A stretch of 63,934 bases of DNA, filler included, from Nemertoderma westbladi (GCA_032718475.1; 4 parts of 4 records of this genome joined end to end with filler, not necessarily neighbours in it); one strand, 5' to 3'; counted from the first letter of the whole stretch, positions 13,845 to 26,354 are shown. The notes: a model not told the origin generated them from the letters alone. Numbers and translations are program-made.

Positions 13845-13933
13845 CATGGTCTCTCTGGCAATGGAATATAACATCGACATCATCTGCATCCAAGAACATC
13901 GGATTTGTCATGAAGACACTGCCACGAAGTACA
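13820..13933 (+). pseudogene. N-terminal AP-endonuclease fragment of an RTE-type LINE
   Basis: [28 protein letters not shown] matches APE motif II (DIIxIQE). Confidence 0.7.
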
Positions 13934-14536
13934 ATGAAAGAATTACGATTTGTCTGTGAGGGTCTTCGCCGCCTGGTTGTAAAAATTTTTTTATTTTTAT
14001 CCGATACGCATTTTGTCTTCGATACGTCTTCAGGGATTAATTATTAAAACATAATTCAAAATAGTAATTAAAGCAGTAATTAAAACAGTACAAAGTAAAA
14101 AGTACTTACCACTAAATAATTAAGCATACAGTAATTCAATTCAAATCGTAACAGTAGAAACAGAAAGGAACTCATACTAATTAATGGTTACAGTATGATT
14201 ATGGGGTGGGGGGGGGGGGGGGGGGGTCCTACTGCGATAGTGGGCCAGTCCGCTATGGTCTATGGCGGGCACTCGGGCAGTTATAAAGCCTGTACCGGCC
14301 AGGCCAGTATAGTATTGAGTCAGGAACACCTGGTTGGGGGAGGGGTGGGGGGGGGGCTCAATTTAAATTGCTGGATGGTTCTTGTTAAGGGGGGGGGGGG
14401 GGGGGGGTAAAAACATGGATCAGGTAGGCCTCTGTGGCTAGACGTGTGGGATATGAATTTTCGAAAACCCGATACTGAAAGTTTATCTATATACCGAAGG
14501 TGTTAAAATGGTCTAAAAGTATACTCTCTGGGTTAC

Positions 14537-14815
14537 TTACTGTTTTCCCCCCTTTCCTGTTTCCCTTATATTTCGGCGATGTGCGTTCATGCGGGCATGA
14601 ATGCGCTGTTGGGTTTCACCGACGTAAAAATCAGAGGGGTGAGTGAGACATTTTAAATAATATAAAACGTTATGGGTTTTACTCAAAATAGTTTTGTATA
14701 GTATCTGCCCAGGGAGTCTCAGTATCATGTTGGCGCATGTAAGGCACTGTCGGGATTTACAGGGGTGGTTCCCTCGTGGTTCGGATGAATCCGGGTCGAG
14801 ATTGTGGAGTAACAA
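14537..14815 (-). pseudogene. PLE GIY-YIG endonuclease fragment with Cys-rich linker
   Basis: CKSRQCLTC, VLY..YVGET, R..H motifs. Confidence 0.85.
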
Positions 14816-14891
14816 TTGACGCCAGGTCAGCCCTGTATCGTCTAATCGTTGGTTTTAGAGAAACACCGCTGGTGAAACACCAGTGGTGTCG

Positions 14892-15615
14892 CTAAGAAGA
14901 TTCAATCGCTTTTGGGGGGTATGTCGGGTCTCGGAGGGACCAAACTGGGGTTCCACGCGACCATCCTTGTAAGGAACTCGTAGGGGTATCCCCGTGTCGC
15001 GCAAAGGTTGTGAGTCTATAGAAGCGGAGAAGTTGGGCTCGTAGGACTGATTCTATAATATTCTTATCTTGACCACTTGTGTAGTGTATTGGCATTTTAT
15101 TAGCCTCCGGTTTTAGGTAAACTTCGGTTTCCAGATGGTCCCGACGGACTTTTATATTCACATCCAGGTATTTGATTTGGTCATACGAATACTCAAGGGT
15201 AAATTTGATGGCGTCTGAATTGTAGTGTTTCACAGGACTGGTTCACTGCCGTCTCTATCTCTGCAATTTGGTCTGGTGTCAGTCTGTAGTGGTACATTAG
15301 ATAGTTGTCATCCACGTAGGTAGAAAAGAAAAAAAAATAATTGTGTAGAGAAATATCTAGTCCGTATTTGAGTATACGAGTGGTTGTAATTACGGCGTAT
15401 GAGCGACCGTAAGAGCTGCCTATTGCGGTGCCTGCAGTTTGTAGATAGAATTTATCCTTGTACCTAAAGAAGTTATGGGTTAGGAGGTATTCGAGAATGA
15501 GTGAGAGATCACGGATAGAGAATGGGCAGCGGAACGGGAATGGTGGATCTTCGCGGAGGGACTGCATTACGGCATCTATTCCGATGTTGTGGGGAATGGA
15601 GGTGTACATATCCAC
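14892..15615 (-). pseudogene. PLE reverse transcriptase and thumb fragments (frameshifted)
   Basis: ORFs 15193-15615 and 14892-15233 carry consecutive PLE RT motifs in different frames. Confidence 0.88.
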
Positions 15616-17394
15616 TACGTCTAGGGTTACTAGGGTACAGCCGATGTGTCCCGTGTCTGTTGATGTTGGAAATAAATAGGTATGGAGATCTTTGTTTTGG
15701 ATGGGAAGTTTTGGTTTAGTACTACGTAGTTGAACTCTGTATTGGCTTATTGTTGGGTCCTTGGGAAGTGTTTTATACCTTACTGGGTCATTAAGGATGC
15801 GGTTTATCTCAAAGTCTCTGTCCTCCTTATTTTATCCCCCTTTAATATCGCAATCTAATTCGGTGGAGGGCTGTTTTCTGGGGCTTAGATAAATTATGGA
15901 CAATTTTTAGATTTAGTTCTTTTAAATTGGTTTTCCGGATATTTTGATGTAGTTGGGTAATGAGGTGTTCTACTAGTGGATTATCTACTTTATTAGGGCG
16001 GTATCTTGTTGGGAGGCGCGGTAAGGTGCCCCCCCCCCCCCCCCCCCGCCCCACCGTAGGGGGGGGGGGGGGGGGGGTTGGTTCTATTAGTGGAGGTGGG
16101 AGTTCTGGAATATTATTTAGGGACGTTTTTTATTACGTTTGTTACGAGTTAGTGGTATCCGTCCTGTATTTTTTATGGGTGTTGTTAATGTGGGGGGTGT
16201 TAATGGGTGTGTGTGTGGGAGGGGGAGGGGGGGGGGGGTGGTTCTGTTTGTGTGGTTGTCAGGGGGTGGTGGGGGTGTGGATGGGGTTCTTTTGAGGGGG
16301 GGGGGGGATTTGAGTTTCTGGGTTTTGGATCTGGTGTGGTTGGAAGGTGTATCTACTGTTACGGTATTTGTTCGGATGTGTGGGTGAATGGGGGTCGGGG
16401 TGGGTTGGTTTTGGGGAGGGTGGGTTCTGAGATGGGGGTTGCGTTTCATTGGAAGTTTGGGGGAAAAGTTCTCGTTTGGCTTTTAGGTGTTCTCGATGGG
16501 TTGGTGGTCTTGAGGGGTTTGTTAGTCTGGTGGTGTTCGTTGTCCGGGTGTTTTGTGGGCGAGGATGGGGTGCCACAACCCTGGAGGGGGTTCTGGGGTT
16601 CGGGACCGATTGAGGGGGGGGGGGGGGGGGGATATTCAGGTTCTTGTCGGCCTCAAATCTCCTTACCGAGTTCCTAATTTTCGACGCTGTCCATGGTAAT
16701 GTCTACATGGGTTGCGAAGGTGTCCTTGGTTGTTACTGTTCTGGAGGGGATGAAACTCCAGCCGTAACCCAGGACGTCCTTTTGGTCCTCGTCCAGGGTG
16801 GTACTCGATAAGTTTATTACCCGGACTTTTCCCGCATTGTTGCCGTTCCGGTTCTCGTTGGTGGTTCGGTTGGTGTCTTGAACAATGCTCGTTTGGTTTT
16901 CCGAATCTGTCGAGTTTCGGGTTACCCCCTTCTGTCCTTTTCGATGGCAGTCGTCATTGCTGCGTACCCCTGCTGGTAATCGAGTTTGTATTCTAATCCA
17001 TCCGCTGTAGCTTCTATCTCTCGGTCTATAATAAGCGGAAACCTATTTGTGAGATACTCTATTGGTTCCGGATCGCCGTAACGTTTCGCGTGATCTAGGA
17101 CTCTGTTAATGGTGGGAAAACAGTTTTTGGGTGTGGCTGAGTTCAATGTATTTAGCGTTTATTTCACGTTTTAATGTTCCGTCGTAGATGTCTGGGTAGG
17201 GTAGGGAAAATATTATGTTCAGAATGTAATGGAGGAAATGAATTGTCTTTCAATTCTTTATGGTAGTGGGTCTGCTGCATTATTTTCGTGGTGCGCAATT
17301 TCAATTTGAGGCTCAATCTGACGTCACTTGCCGCCTTCGGAGAAATGTTTAAACACCTGATATACCGGAATGATGTCTTTCGGGCGTATTCATT

Positions 17395-17669
17395 ATGAAA
17401 GAATTACGATTTGTCTGTGAGGGTCTTCGCCGCCGGGTTGTAAAATTTTTTTTTATTTTTATCCGATACGCATTTCGGCCTCCATCATTGAAACATAATT
17501 CAAAACAGTAATTAAAACAGTACAAAGTAAACAGTACTTACCACTAAATAATTAAACAGTAATTCAATTCAAATCGTAACAGTAGAAACAGAAAGGGACT
17601 CATACTAATTAATGGTTAATGTATGATTATGTGGTGGCAGGTGGGTGGGGGGTGTCCTACTGCTGTACT
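17395..17669 (-). repeat. Pseudo-LTR of the PLE (direct repeat of 13934-14235)
   Basis: Both copies begin atgaaagaattacgatttgtctgtgagggtcttcgccgcc and stay collinear to gtcctactgc. Confidence 0.9.
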
Positions 17670-17769
17670 NNNNNNNNNNNNNNNNNNNNNNNNNNNNNNN
17701 NNNNNNNNNNNNNTTAATTAATTAANNNNNNNNNNNNNNNNNNNNNNNNNNNNNNNNNNNNNNNNNNNN
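17670..17769. other. Assembly gap with artificial six-frame stop linker
   Basis: N44-TTAATTAATTAA-N44, identical at three places. Confidence 0.98.
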
Positions 17770-17881
17770 TGCGCTTTTCTGGGGAATGGGTTTCTTGCCT
17801 CCGGACATGCTGCGAACCCCGTTGATTCGGTACCAGAGAGAGTTGTGAGGTTTCTCTTTTTCCTTCTTAGCAGCGAGAAGT
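17770..17881 (-). CDS. Na+/Ca2+ exchanger coding exon 3 (cut by the gap)
   Basis: TAG acceptor, phase 2 compatible with exon 2. LLAAKKEKEKPHNSLWYRINGVRSMSGGKK resembles the NCX loop motif KSRAFYRIQATRLMTG. Confidence 0.8.
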
Positions 17882-18587
17882 CTATTATGGGGAGCGGGGG
17901 GGGGGGGGGGGGTAATCATTATTACCGGTAATAATAATAAAAGAACTTAATTTGGTAAAATCACAAAAAGTTTTCAAAAACTATTCAAATATTCAGTTGT
18001 ACAATTCCACTTCTACAACGGAAATGCAGACGTGCAAACAATCTCAAAACTGCAAATTTATTTCGGGCAGCGGGCACCACATTTCGCAGCATATGAGATC
18101 AGTTTCGTTTCCACTTTCATAACGATGCACAATTCGTAAATTTGAATATAAAAACAGACTCACGCGTTAACAGAAGCACAGCAAGATAACGTATTTAAGT
18201 GTCATAAGGCCCTTGGGAAGTGATAACTATTGCGGGGTAAAGTGAAGCCCTACATCCCAGCGGACAATATTTTACTGCAGAAAGGCCCTATGTAAAGTTT
18301 TAACCAATGGGAAGTGATGATTATGACGTAATCAAGTACAATCCAATAATTCTTTGTTTTATTTTTGGCGAATCAGTACACTGGGCAAGTCGTTTCGCCC
18401 CAAGTCCATATGCCCCTAACATGCGGGGCAAATCGACTTGGGGCGAAAAGGTCGCGGGTCGAATTGAGCCGCACCCAGTTGCAACTTGCAACACGTAAAA
18501 AAGTATTAATTTAAGTAAAGTATCATTCAAATAGAATATGGTAACCGGTAGGCCTATATAATGTAAAGAATTCCCGACACAACTTAC

Positions 18588-18717
18588 AATGCCGCTTCGT
18601 CCGGGGTGTAGTATTTCCCATCCCTCTCGCCTTCCTTTATGAATTCCCTGACTTCTTCGTCGGTAATCTTCATCTTCGTTGCATCTTCATGGATTTCCCC
18701 TAATAAACCGCCCTCAC
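18588..18717 (-). CDS. Na+/Ca2+ exchanger coding exon 2
   Basis: TTTCAG acceptor and GTAAGT donor; 130 nt, phase 1 to phase 2; open frame GEGGLLGEIHEDATKMKITDEEVREFIKEGERDGKYYTPDEAA joining exons 1 and 3 in frame. Confidence 0.8.
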
Positions 18718-19799
18718 CTGAAACAAGTTAAAAAGAATCGCCACGTAAGAGCAGAGCATACCATGATGACCACAACCTCACCTCCAAAATATATTATAGC
18801 TGAAACCGAACTCTCGCTTCCATAAAAGTAATTTTTTTAAGCACTTACAATAATTTTGGGAAGCAACGAAAATTACAATTTGTTATACCGGTAATTATAA
18901 AAAAATAAATAATAACAACAAATTATATTGTATTCAATGGATTGCCGGTTGCCCGGTAACAGCTTTTCAATCAATATAAGGAGAAAAAATGGTGCAAATG
19001 TTTCGCACATCAAATTAAACAAACAGATTAAATTCATAATACCGGTGCAGCATTACTCGGTAGTCGGTACAATAAATCATATTTATTTCTTATTTTAGAT
19101 TATTTAGGCTTAAATACCGGTATAACTTAATATTAGATTTCAAATAATGAAGCCATAAACATCACCTTTACGAAAATAATATATTGTGTTGTGTTCTTGA
19201 TGACCTAGTTCAGTACGGTAGTTAGAATTAGTTTAAAATTTCCAAAAATAAGGACCACCGCCCGATGCAGTTTTCACCAATGTATCAGCAGTTAAATCAA
19301 TTTTTTAAAATCGCAATTCGCTATCATTTTATAATAAATCACTATTACAAAATAATAATATTTCAGGGTGTAGTTAAAAAAGATTATATATACAAGCAAT
19401 TAATTTGCCCCACGTTGGGGCATAATAGGCCTACCGTACCTATAAATATTATTATATTTTTAAAAATTAGTGAAACACCTAATTTCTTGTAACAATTGCG
19501 CTGTTTAGAGTTTTTACGCAGATGTGGGAGCTCTGATATAATCAGTAAAGAACAGGTGTTGGGTGTGTAGTGTAATGTAGAACGACCGACACATTAGTTA
19601 CGGCATATTAAACATTTAACAAACTGATGATATTAATGAAATGAAACAAAAAATTGATATATACCAATATATTCCCGCGGACACTGTGACACCAAGCAGC
19701 CATGAGTCAGCGGACCCTGACACCTATATATATAAATTGAATAAAAGTTACGCATATTTATATATACCGGTACCTGACCAGACCAGTGAAATTACTTAC

Positions 19800-20505
19800 C
19801 AACTTCCATTCCTTTACCAGCAGGGACACCTTTCTTCATTCCCGGTAAATATCCACTGTCGATAAGCCACGCGACAATAACTAAAATCGGGAAAAACAGC
19901 AACGTAAGAAGAGCCTCCCAAACCTCTACAACCCCGGGAGACGACGGCACCAAAATAATAAACAACCAAATATAAGCGAACAGACAGAAAAAAGACGTCA
20001 ACCCGAAGACACCGATCTCTTTGATCTTTCGCGTTTCCCCTTTCGGGATGCAAGCGACACAGATCGCGCAGATTCCCAAGAGATTAAAAGCTGCGCTGCC
20101 GACAATAGTTCCCGGGCCAAGGTCGCCCGCCTGGAAATCTTTACCGCATATCTCGATAACCGATAGAAGAATCTCGGGGGCACTGCTTCCCAAGGCCATT
20201 AACGTTAGATTCGCTACTGTTGAGTTCCAAATACGAACCTCTATCTCCCGTCTACCATTCGGAGCATCCACATCGGCAATAGTGACTTTACGAGTTTTAG
20301 ATGTTATTGTTTCGATGGCTACCATGAATATATCAGCGACAATCGCAATACCCAGGAAGCAAAACATAAGGCCAATGAGGTAGAGAATGGCCCTGACTGC
20401 TACATTCCACGATGATTCGTTTACGAGGGGTAAAATTAGACCTTCACTACATTTGTACTCCGTTGGGCAAATATCAGGGATAGTCGATAATGTGCTATTT
20501 CCCAT
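19800..20505 (-). CDS. NCX: Sodium/calcium exchanger (SLC8/NCX family), first coding exon (TM1-5, alpha-1 repeat)
   Basis: IWNSTVANLTLMALGSSAPEILLS, GDLGPGTIVGSAAFN, SSPGVVEVWEALLTLLFFPILV. GTAAGT donor at 19799. Confidence 0.95.
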
Positions 20506-23229
20506 AGTGGTAATGTAGAGAATGATAGACCACTGGTTTGATCAGTCCAAGTCTGTAACTCCTCAGTGAGGAACCCGTGGCGATAACTTTATGCTGATAA
20601 GGACAATTGATATATGTTTATGTAATATTCATAAATAGACAGATATGCAAGACAAAGACTAAACCTGGTACATCCAAGTCCAAAAATAATACACAGATAC
20701 TTGCAATACAGCGTTCCTATTACTTATAGCTGTATTATAGGCACACCGTCTTAACCGTTACGGTAGGTCTATATAATATAACAACAAATAAAATATATAT
20801 ATATATCAGTATACAAGAGTTGAAACAGAGACCTGTCACTGATCTCTGGATTCTCCGGACGGTTTTTTGGTCTCTGGATAGGTCTCGGGTTCCCGGGTAT
20901 TGAAAACAGACATTTTAACCAGAGATTAATGATTTTTCAAATTAAATATAGATATATCTTAAACGACATAAAATAAAAATTGAAGATTGCATCACAAATA
21001 TATTTTTACTAGGCCTATAAAAATAATTACTTTAGTTTTTTACTATTTTTAATACACCGCTTTAACAAAATTAATAGTAACTTTTACCCTACAGCCCTAT
21101 TTTTAAGCATAACTCCTCATACTAAATGAACCGGTAATCTCATATTTAATTTAAGGTGCGTTTAATTTAAGTTAAATTAGCACCAAAAGAGGGTTCTTTT
21201 CTTATTTAAGAATAAGGGTTGAATTTGAATTTTTAAATTGAATTTGAGCTCACATAAAGTTTAAATGTAAATGTAAAGGATGAGCTCTTTTCACCTTGTT
21301 GTAGGCTATATATTACGGCGACCAAATGAAGAGAACGAGCGTAACGATACTTGCAATAGGATCGAGTAGTTGTTTCGTAATGTTACACTTTTGGAATAAA
21401 ACAACGTAACTACTGGACTACGGCAGTGCGGTTTTCCGTCTCTGAATCCTTATTTTCATTTCACCCACCAACTACTTTCGTTCGTTTAAATAACCACTCA
21501 GATTAGCACAATTTTCAAAAGTACTACTTTACAAACAAATGTCAAAACTTATTAAATGTTGTACAATTTTAGAATATATTTACATACATAGTTGTTCAAA
21601 GTAGGCCTACACAAATATACCGGTACGTCTGTACGTAAATACTAAATACTCAAAATAATTACCGGTATTAATCTAATTTAATAAATTTTTACGTTAATTT
21701 CACTTTTAGTAATTAATTCAGTTTTATAATTAATTTCACTTAATTAAACTTATATATACGATATATTAGTCGAGTCGTGTGTTGCAGTTTCACGTATAAC
21801 ACTTGTTAACCTGCTACAATTTACGAATAAAAACAGATTTTTCGCCCGGCGCAGTATTTTGCATTGCACAGAGCCATCGCAGGATTTTTGCACCGGCCGG
21901 TATTGGTTTGCAGTTTGCACAGACAGACTCAGACAGAGCCGGGGCAGGATTTTTTGCACCCGGCGTCAGGGTGTGGTTTTGCTCAGAGTCGGCGCTGGAT
22001 TTTCTGCACCCGGCGCCGCGTTCGTCGCAGGAAATAAAACTTTTCAATACTGCAATAGGTAGAAAGGGCCTGGAGGGCTGGAGATTCTCTAGTAGAACAC
22101 CAATTCGGGGTGGTATAGCTTTCTACAGTCTGGGAAATTAGCCCAATAGGAAATTTTAAAATTTCCCTATAGGGAAACGTTTATTTCCCTATAGGGAAAT
22201 CGCTATGGCGCATTCACTGAGGACATAGCGCATTAAGTGAGATATACTAGGTCATTCACCTCTAACCTATCTTCAATATAACTACTGCCCCAAGCTGCCA
22301 AGGCAGCCAACTACTACCCTGGGGGTTTTACAGATATGCGAAAATTAACTTTGCCTGTTTCCCTATCTGCCTATAGGAAATTTTACCATGAATAATGAAT
22401 ATCTCTCACAATGACATCAGAAATTTCCCGATAGGGAAATATTGCAACATTTCATAACAGTTCAGGTGGTTTGATGATAACTGATTTAACTGCAAACTGC
22501 ACTGTGAGCTGAAATTCCAATGTCTTTGTTGTTGTGTTTTCTATGCCTCTACTACAGTACTCAGGTACGGTACTACATACATGCAGTACAGTACATATAT
22601 CAATATATCATGTAGAATATCTATAGCATAGATTTGATATTACCACTGTGCATGCATCTTCTTTGGGATATGTATACGTTCATTTCATATTCATACTATA
22701 GAATAATATGTATTTTGCATTGGTGTTTTATTGTATTTGTCTGTTTGTATTATTATATATATTATAGTTAGTTATGTTATATTATATTATATTTATTCAC
22801 AGCCATTACCATAATACAGTAATATTGTATTACAGCATTATTCTATTTCAATTTGAGTGTGACAGTACCTAATAACAATAACACAAAGTGGTATTGTGGT
22901 ATATATATATATAGCCTGGTTTCAGTAAGGCTGACTATCCCTCAGATATCCCTGATGTCTCAGCCATTTGACATACATTCATCATGGGACTTATTTCACA
23001 AAGAGCTGATTTCCACATGTAAACGTAATGTTCCAACAGTATACTGGTATACCTAAGTCTGTAAGTGGATAAATGGAATCGTCAAATCTCAAATAAGGAT
23101 TAAGGAACAAGCTTGGATTAGCTACAAATATAAAAAAACACTTTCTTCATTCACAGCCTACAACAAGCAAGCTATAAACAAATGTATTTCAATAGGCCTA
23201 ATTAAACAGGAGAAGGTTGCTTAACGTAA

Positions 23230-24298
23230 CCCTCCCCCGGTAACGTGGGGTAAAATAATACCCCAAGGGGATTACTTTTGATATTTTTCGACAATCTCTC
23301 ATATTATGTATGTCCAACTTCATAGTATCTTCCAAAAAACTTGTAATCTAACGATTGTGTGGGTCAAACCCATAAAATTTTGTTTATGAAAAATATGGGC
23401 CCTTAATTTGAAAACAACTTAGTTAGGTAAGATGGGGTATAAAAATATACCCCATAACGTTATGGTGCTCGTTTAGTGGTGCTTTGTGACTCATTTTGGT
23501 TTCATTGGAACCACAATGGTCGATTTAGTTATATATACTAGACAGCTAGAGGCATGTTTTAACTTTGTCTTTTAAGACCAAATTATCAGTATTATGAAGC
23601 TACTGTATTGTGTGGCCTGTATTTCACAAGCCAAGACTTCGGCCTAATCGCGATGCGATAGATTGCTAAGTATATGTGAATAATTCTTATTGTGTAGGCT
23701 TTATTAGAGGTGTTCTGGCCTTTTGGGTCTCATTTTGGGTGCATTGAAACTGCAATGTGTAATTTAGTTGGACAATAATCACATTTTATGACCAAATCAT
23801 CAGTACTTTTGCAGTCATGGTGTATATTTCATATTACAATTCAAGATTTTGTGCTATTGCGAGGTGATATATCTGTATATATATATCACTTTGTTGACTT
23901 TTAGTGGTGGTATTTTACTCATTTTATGCTTATTGGAACTGCAATGGTATACTTCAGGGTGTACTTGACCCATAACACCACTAAAAAACCTAAAATGAGA
24001 AACACTCTCACAGCTAATGCTTAACTATGATAGTATCTTGTTGCAAAACACCCCATCGCGACGTTAACGATGATCGCGATTGTAGTGGGATAACTTATGT
24101 GGCATTGAGCGTTGGGTAGACTTCAACCAAATTGAAAAAAAAAATTCACAACTTATTTTTTCACCATTTGGCAAATTCTGGGAGGGGGATTGCAAGTGTT
24201 TTTCTGTTTAATGTTACTTAAAATGTCTTATCGATTTGGGGTATAAAAATACCCCATGTTACCGTTGAAGGATAATTTTTTACCATACCGGGGCAGGG
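23230..24298. mobile_element. piggyBac-like MITE
   Basis: CCCTCCCCCGGTA...TACCGGGGCAGGG termini; TTAA on the right and GTAA on the left; subterminal palindromes GGGGTA...TACCCC. Confidence 0.65.
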
Positions 24299-24965
24299 TT
24301 AAGAACGTAAAATTGCAAGTGTGATTGCGAGTAACCACAAAATCTTTTGGAAATTGATATGGTCAAAGCAGCAAAGACAAAGGCAAGACCAGCAATACAG
24401 TGCCTCAAGAAGGATGATGGTTCGTTTGCTACAGCTCATATCGAAAAGGCTACACTTTTAAATGAATATTTCCATACTGCATTGTATTTACGAAAGAAGA
24501 CCTTTCTGCCTTTCACATTACCGGTATCCTTCTGCCAGTCTGGTCAATATTCTCAAGAAATGAATTCAAGCATATCTACCATCAACTTCACATATGAATC
24601 AGTTTTTCAGTCAATCAACGAAATGAGAGGGTCTGGCGCTACTGGTCCTGAATCCTGATCAAGTTTATCCGTAAGTTATAAAAGCACTAGGTGTACAGCA
24701 CTATCTGATATAATTGCTGAACCCTTGGCTTCATTATTTAATAAGTCAACGAATGAAGGAGCGCTACCAGTTGATTGGAAGTACGCCAACATTTCTCCAC
24801 AATTTAAGAATGGTAGTAAATATTTGTGTGAAAACTTCAGATTTATCAGTCTAACATCAGGCAGTCAGGGCAAGTTCAGAAGTTATTAAATTGGTTTCGG
24901 GCGTTTCTGTCTTGTATATACAGATATACAGTTGTAGATACCAACGCGTGGTCATCAGTGTGAAA

Positions 24966-25768
24966 TAGGGCTCGATCGGAGTTGGGATTTGGCCGGAGCC
25001 GGAGCAGGAGCCGGAGTTGGACAATTTGGCCGGAGCCGGAGCAGGAGCCGGAGTTTTTCAAAAAATTTAAAAATTTAATTATTTATTTAAAAAAAAATAA
25101 AGTATGGTTATCGTTCGCCAATCGCTCATAATCAATCATACTGCTGTACTGTAGGTCTAATTAATTTCATAATTTATAGATTTACGAATTTTCAATTTAA
25201 AATTTAAGTAATTAATTTATCATGGACAGACGGCCTGACGCTGACGGCGACGGCCTGACGCTGACGGCTAAAAATTACCTACAGTACCTACCTCGCTAAC
25301 TGTCTAACTGTGGTAGAGGTGTGTACTTGTCTGCTTGTACTGTAGGTAGCCTACCGTACGTGTACCAGTCTGCCAGTACTGCAGTACAGTATGCTGGCAT
25401 GACAGCAGTAAATGGCTGCAGTGGTACAGTCTGACAGTGTACAATCATAGCATTTACAATTTTTTAAAGTTAGGGCCTATCTGTAACAGTCTGCTAGTCA
25501 GCCAGCTGGCCAGTACCAGTACTGCAGTACAGTCAGTCAGTCATTGACTTTAAGTAAATACTGCAGTATTATCAGATTATACTTGATATTGAAGCTGTAC
25601 TACAGTACTTATAGTGTTAAATAATTGTTCAGATTAGAATATGCACGAAATATAATACTTTATTAAAAAATTAACTCCGGCAATATTTTTACCGGAGCCG
25701 GAGCAGGAGCCGGAGGTGCCAAAATGGCCGGAGCCGGAGCCGGAGGCCGGAGCTCCGATCGAGCCCTA
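24966..25768. mobile_element. Non-autonomous hAT element
   Basis: TIR TAGGGCTCGATCGGAG / CTCCGATCGAGCCCTA. Exact 8-bp TSD GTGTGAAA (24958-65, 25769-76). Subterminal GCCGGA repeats. Confidence 0.9.
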
Positions 25769-26301
25769 GTGTGAAAGCATCACCGTGGCTGCCTGTTGAC
25801 AGTGGTGTTCCTCAGGGAAGTGTAGCTGGAGATTTCTTATTCCTTTGATACGTGGATGATGTTCCAACTCTACTCATTCATCTTTTCGCCGATGACTTCA
25901 AAAAGACAGTGCTATATTCGACCCCAGTAACATCACCTCTATTCTATTGCCCCACTTCAAAGTGATTTGGATGTCCTGGACCACTGGAGCAAATTATGGC
26001 AACTTCTTTTTAAACACGATAAATATGTAAGGTAGGCCTAATGCTCGACCACTCAGCACTCACTAAAGTCCACAGATTTACAAAAAGACTTGGGAGTGCT
26101 GCAGCTGTCTGGCTGTAGAGAACATGCAGACATGACATTGGCAGATTGGTGATTGGTTAATTCAACACATTACTGCATTACTCTTTGAGCTGTTGAGACT
26201 ATTATCATGTAATCTGTACCGGTAGGCCTAGCAGCCTAGTCCAGTTAGTCAATGTCTTCCATTTCGAAGTGTGTGCATGGGACTGTGGGAATTGCCATAA
26301 A

Positions 26302-26354
26302 GGGTAAAGGAATATTATAAGGGGAAGCCTTCCCCTTATAATATTCCTTTACCC
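26302..26354. repeat. Perfect 53-bp palindrome (26-bp arms, 1-nt loop)
   Basis: GGGTAAAGGAATATTATAAGGGGAAG C CTTCCCCTTATAATATTCCTTTACCC. Confidence 0.92.

Larger units (their letters stand above)
13934..17669 (-). mobile_element. Penelope-like retroelement (Neptune-type), disrupted ORF, bounded by direct pseudo-LTRs
   Basis: N-terminal VINLSSTTLDEDQKDVLGYGWSFIP (~16740-16830) and HNLSKPQKTAL. RT motifs DMYTSIPH, FYLQTAGTAIGSS, YVDD, YLDV. Linker CKSRQCLTC. GIY-YIG NVLYYLKC...FYVGETQQRIHARMNAHRRNI. Direct repeats 13934-14235 and 17395-17669. Confidence 0.92.
22960..26110 (+). mobile_element. Degenerate CR1-group LINE ORF2, fragmented by two MITEs
   Basis: KTKARPAIQCLKKDDGSF...EKATLLNEYF, PVDWKYANISP.FKNGSK...FISLTS, WLPVDSGVPQGSV, LFADD, in correct order with stops and deletions. 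Confidence 0.78.

Noticed and set aside
15960-16677. Gly/Val-rich plus-strand ORFs
   Set aside because: Antisense of the C-rich low-complexity PLE region.
17670-17769. TTAATTAATTAA inside N runs (also 49380 and 58837) as a biological motif
   Set aside because: Identical 100-bp artificial spacer with stops in all frames; assembly artefact.
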